A stretch of 63,472 nt of DNA, counting the filler, from Bigelowiella natans CCMP2755 (lineage: Eukaryota > Protista > Cercozoa): assembly GCA_000320545.1 (NCBI GenBank). It is 6 parts of 6 records of this genome, joined end to end, with 100 filler letters (N's around TTAATTAATTAA, not from the genome) between each part and the next. Parts side by side here need not be neighbours in the genome. Positions count along the whole stretch, not along the records: positions 58,391 to 61,313 come from ADNK01000311.1; positions 61,414 to 63,472 come from ADNK01002855.1; 4 more parts are not named here. The stretch is one strand, 5' to 3'. The notes beneath the pieces are model-generated. The model was not told the origin of the DNA, searched no databases, and worked only from the letters and a program-made list of their open reading frames with translations. Shown here one piece after another: positions 58,750-63,472 of the stretch (within the stretch, counting starts at the first letter, position 1; each line of letters begins with the position of its first letter). Both the position numbers and the translations under genes were made by a program.

Positions 58750-59818
58750 CCATCGTTGTCGAATGAGTTCTGGGCAAAACCCTACGGGTTCTTTTCCCTT
58801 TCATTGCTGTCCGATGATAACGGCACTCCAAATTCAAATCCCTTTTTCACTGGTAACGAATCATCAGAACTTGGCGCTGCTGGGGTATCATCCCATGAAA
58901 ATGTGGTATCGTCAACATCCTGTCCTGCCTCCTTCTTCTCCTTCTCTTTCTCCCCCCCCTCCTCTTTTTTTGGCTCTTTGTTCTCCTCCTCCTCCTCGGA
59001 CTTAAAATCGATTGGGTTTTTGTCCAAACCGAGATTAAAGTTATCAAAAGGCAAATCCGGATTGACCTTCGTATTGCAAGATGATAACGACACCGATGAT
59101 AACAGTAAAAAAGGCAGCACGCAAAAACCATTTGTCTCAGGAGCTGCCGCTCTACTTTAGATATTGATTCTTAGTCAACGATGGTAGAGATAGATCGATC
59201 GATCGATCGATTGATGCACTCGATTGTACGTATTTAAAGGAAAAATAGATTAAGAGTATCAGCATAAATATCATAGGGAGAACCACGTACATCATTTTCA
59301 TCATCATCATCATCATCATCATACTTCATGAGGACCGACCTCATCTGCGATCGTCGTCTTCTCTTCCCTCTTCTTCTCCTCCCTCGTTTCATTAGCACCT
59401 TGCTTTGCGTGTTCAGAAGAGCTTTCTGAGACGTTCGTGGATGATGGTGTAAGGCATGAGGACGAGAGTAAGAACACAAGCAAATATAAATAATCATCGA
59501 AGACTCTTCCTTTTATCAGCGTGGTCGTCGATTGGCACACCACCGCCACCAACACCACTACTACTACTACTACTATTCGGCACGGTAGTATTACTCTTAT
59601 GAATATAACTATGATTAGATAATTAACACAGAGCTTGACGCTTATTGCTTCTCTCTGTATTTCTCGATAGTACTCCCTAAATAAGACTTCGTTCTCACCA
59701 TGAATCAGGAGCGCATACCTCCCATATCATCACCATCATCATCATCATTATCATCATCCTTAAAAAAGGGCTGATGCGGGTGGGTACCGTAGCAAAACGT
59801 ACAACGACGCCCAATAAT

Positions 59819-59856
<38 letters not shown>

Positions 59857-60973
59857 GCTTTCTCACTCTCTCCACACTACACACTACACACAAACACACA
59901 TACACAAATAATACAATTTCTATCACATTCTTACCTTTACTATCTGAGGCGATGGTGGGTTTGGGCTCAAGTACTACGGCCGTTGGCTGTGCTGTGGGTT
60001 GCTTTACTGTTTTGATGCCATCCACATCATCGAAAACATCAACAACAACATCAACAGCATCATCAGCGCACGACGATTCCATCAGCAAGTTTTATTGCGG
60101 TGAGGGAGGAGGCGACCAAAGTGTGATGAGGTGAGATAGGAGCAAGGATGATGACAGAAGAAAAAGAAGGAGAAGGAGGACGAGGAGGATGAGGAGGAAA
60201 AGAACGAGGAGGCGTGAAGAAAACACAAGTAGACTGGCTCTGATGTAATAAGCGCGAACTGTGACCATATATGACATCAATACTACTACTACAACTACTA
60301 CCACCTTCAAAGGTTAAATTGCTGAAATCATCATCTCCTTCAAATCCGTCGGTATTGACATCCTTTTCCAGATAATCCTTAATGGGCGACTGATGAGGAG
60401 GCAACAACAACAACAAGAACATCATCGAGTAGTGAACATCACACCTCAATGCATTCCAAATTCAGGCATAATGATTACGCAGCATTGGAGAGCAGAACAG
60501 GAAGTAATAGTAAAAATAATAGCAGCAACTAGCAGCTGGGCGAGCGTTGTCGTAAATCTCATCCCCCTCATCATCATCTTATTATTATTATTGTCATGAG
60601 CAAACAATCATTGTGGTAACAATCGTTCCTCCTCCTCCTCCTCCTCCTCCTCCTCCTCCTGTCTTCATCCATTCTATGTAGCTACCACTCTGATATTAGT
60701 AGTATACACCACCCGTATAAGCACCACCCTCAGACGACGACTTTCTCTCACCTGGAACCCTTCGTTGAGATCCACGGCGGCATTGGCGTTGACGTTGTAT
60801 TCCTGATGCGGCTGCTGTGGGGCTGTAAAGTTCCCGTAGATTTCACCTGGCGACTGGATTTGATCTATGCTGCTTCCGACATCAATGCTGCTGCTGCTAG
60901 TGCTATACTTCTCCTCAAAATTCTTAAAGTGTGAGATGTCTCGTTTCAACGCGTCTAAAGAGTTCCAAAGACT
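58750..60973 (-). CDS. Acidic low-complexity coding exons; possibly the N-terminal stem of the GH47 gene, or a separate gene
   Basis: Exon-like SLWNSLDALKRDISHFKNFEEK.., DYLEKDVNTDGFEGDDDFSNLTFE and VNPDLPFDNFNLGLDKNPIDF. Same strand as GH47 but separated from it by a gap. Confidence 0.45.
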
Positions 60974-61313
60974 CTGAAGGGAGTGGATGGAGGGGGGAAG
61001 GGAGGGGGGGGGGGGGGAGGGTGTACATACCTACAGCGCGGGAAAAGGGGCAAAGATTGATGATCTCTCTCATATCTGAAGAAACTCATCATTTCCCCCT
61101 TAAACCTTCCATCAGTTTGGCCCTTTTTGTTAGATAAAGGACTAACAGCTTGCAGCAGCTAATCTCTCTTACTACTACTACTACTGGTGCTGCTACTACT
61201 GCTACCGTTCCTGCCCACTGAAAATTTCTTGGGATCTTGAAAAGGGGGAAGGAAGATGGAGAGGAGAAAGATCAACCCTTCGTTTCACATTCCTGCCGTT
61301 GGGCCTCTTGGCC

Positions 61314-61413
61314 NNNNNNNNNNNNNNNNNNNNNNNNNNNNNNNNNNNNNNNNNNNNTTAATTAATTAANNNNNNNNNNNNNNNNNNNNNNNNNNNNNNN
61401 NNNNNNNNNNNNN
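61314..61413. other. Assembly gap linker
   Basis: N44-TTAATTAATTAA-N44. Confidence 0.97.
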
Positions 61414-61634
61414 TCATATTACATGTCGCAGGGGCATGTGCCTTGATTTGGGTAGATGACGATGATAATAATGATGGGTGATGATGACGAAGGCGTCGTG
61501 TAGTAGCTAAATGCTGTTCGCGATATTGCTTGGATACATTGTACACGCCACGCGCACGTACACACGCATACATACACTAGCGATATGTATTATGTAGTGT
61601 GTAATATCCTGCGTGAGTGTGCTTGTGTGCGGTA

Positions 61635-61792
61635 GGCTCTACTTTGCTCAGCATCACCTGGAGATCGTGGACCTGGAGCGCATGCGGGTCGCAACAGACA
61701 GCGCGGACATTTGCTTGCTTAATTCTCTCTCTCTTTCTCTTTCTTTCTCTCTCTCTTTCTCTTTCTTTCTCTCTCTCTCTCTCTCTTTCTCT

Positions 61793-61856
<64 letters not shown>

Positions 61857-61898
61857 AACACAAATATTGAAGATGAGGCCATCAATCTCAGGAAGCAG

Positions 61899-61952
<54 letters not shown>

Positions 61953-63096
61953 AACACAAATATTGAAGATGAGGCCATCAATCTCAGGAAGCAGCACAGC
62001 TCCTCCTGGGCACGCATGATTTCTCGAATTTTACGGAGAAAAGGCAGCAAAACATGCGCAACACACGGTGGAGCAGTATAGACTATAGTGTGTTGTATCT
62101 GATAGGACGCTCAATGAGTCAACCCGAATTATGGTTTTTGAAACCAAAAAAATTGCCAGGATAAAATCGTTTATAAAACAGCAAAAGGGCGTTGCTTTCC
62201 AGCAGCACCCATACCGAATTTTACGACATTCAGACAGAAAAGCGACGTAGTTATGCTACGGTCGCAGTCGTCTGCAAAACCGTCAAAACGAGGAGGAAAA
62301 CACGCAACTATATCGCCTTTTTTCGTCCATCACTACTAGTAGATTTGAAACCGTTCCCTTCCCTTTCTATCCCCCCCCCCCTGCTTTCTCCTCCCAGCAC
62401 TCTGTACTCAATCTCCATATCGTTGGCATGTGCTCTCAACGCTTGCGAGGAGGTAGCTTGATCACGCACCAACAGCAGTTCTCTCGCATCGTTCCTATTC
62501 TATTCATAATAAGATATGAGATGTGCCTGTGTGCGCTGTCCTCACGCTGGGTGCTGTGTATGATGGCAAGGTGCAGTCATCGCAAGGGGAGGGGAGCGAA
62601 AGGAGAAGTGACAGGAAGGGAAAGCAAGAAGAGGAGGAGGAGGAAGAGGAGGAGGACAGGCAAGGGAGGAAGAAGAGGAGTGCTGTCGCGAAGGAGATGA
62701 CGGAGCATAATCACAACAACGGCGAGACCGATGAGGATGGCCGCAGCGATAAGGACGACGGCGCTAATGCTGATGATAAAGAAGATGAAGAAGAAGAAGA
62801 TGAGGAGGATGAAAATGATGGTGATAAAGACGGAGAGGACGATGAGACTGAAGATGAGACCGAGGATGATGATGATGATGAGGAGGAGGAGGAGGATGAA
62901 AACGTTATTGACAATTCTGGAGACAACAACGCGCTCATATCGAAGACTTTGGTCTCGTTCGGAGGGGGGCCATTCACTCCTCACCCCTCCCCCACTCCTC
63001 CTTCGTCCTTAGACCGATCGTCCAACCTTCTCCTCCAGCTAGAAGTGCAGCCTAAGGGCTGCCCGCAAAGAAACATATGCAAGATGCTCTCCTCAG
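61635..63096 (+). CDS. Fragment of a hypothetical protein with a long Asp/Glu tract
   Basis: Exon-like LYFAQHHLEIVDLERMR, the acidic ORF at 62523-62960, and LEVQPKGCPQRNICKMLSS. Confidence 0.35.
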
Positions 63097-63472
63097 GTGT
63101 GTGCTATCCGTGCGCGCTTGCGTGCGTGTCAGTCATGATTTACGGTATTTATCTTCCCCCCCCCCCCCCCCCCTCTTTTTTTTTTTTTTTCTCTTGGTTC
63201 TCCCCTCCACTCCCCCCCGATTTGAAAATAAATTAATACACCCACCCACGCGCACCCTGACCCACATGGGTAAAAAGTAACAGCAAGCGGCGGCCCGGAA
63301 GCCGAAGCGTTTATGGAGAACCGTTTCCTAGCATTTTCTCGGGAAGATAAGGGGGGGGAGGGGGGTGTTCACAACAAACTCTTGGTGAAAACACCCCCCC
63401 CCCCCCGTAAATCGAACACTTTTGGGGGGAGGGGATTTCTGAAAGGGGATGTTGCAAAGTATGACTTAAAGA

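Noticed and set aside
61855-61997. Exact duplication of about 50 bp (acaaacacaaatattgaagatgaggccatcaatctcaggaagcagcac) between (CT)n(CA)n tracts
   Set aside because: Identical copies bracketed by the same microsatellite are most likely an assembly or slippage artefact. There are no unique spacers, so it is not a CRISPR array.

Overview
This is eukaryotic nuclear DNA from a protist or alga. It has short GT-AG introns, many filled with microsatellites or poly-C/G, and five artificial 100-bp gap linkers (N44-TTAATTAATTAA-N44), so adjacency across gaps is uncertain. Hand-splicing the exons gives about 16 gene models or fragments. The recognisable ones are: eukaryote-type HisA/HIS6; an mRNA-capping guanylyltransferase; mitoribosomal mL46; a large REJ-GAIN/GPS-7TM receptor; a KP-43/TagC-like S8 protease; a PAF-acetylhydrolase-like hydrolase with a bipartite leader; a Rac GTPase; a bacterial Cds1/Rv3684-type PLP enzyme; a DOT1-like methyltransferase; and a GH47 mannosidase. 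The rest are hypothetical. Signal-plus-transit-like leaders and a green-plant-like capping enzyme suggest an alga with a complex green plastid, such as a chlorarachniophyte; this is inference only. Best leads: (1) a nearly intronless, green-lineage-like capping GTase with no triphosphatase and a bipartite-like leader, a candidate nucleus-encoded nucleomorph capping enzyme; (2) an intron-bearing, mitochondrion-targeted Cds1-type cysteine desulfhydrase, an HGT candidate; (3) an adhesion-GPCR-like REJ-GAIN-TOM1-type receptor with an intact HL/S cleavage site; (4) recurrent CATG/TGCA/CTAG-rich patches behind gene 3' ends, where local duplications diverge by CpA->TpA and CpG->TpG, a RIP-like or methylation signature. 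All family assignments come from recognised motifs, not database searches.
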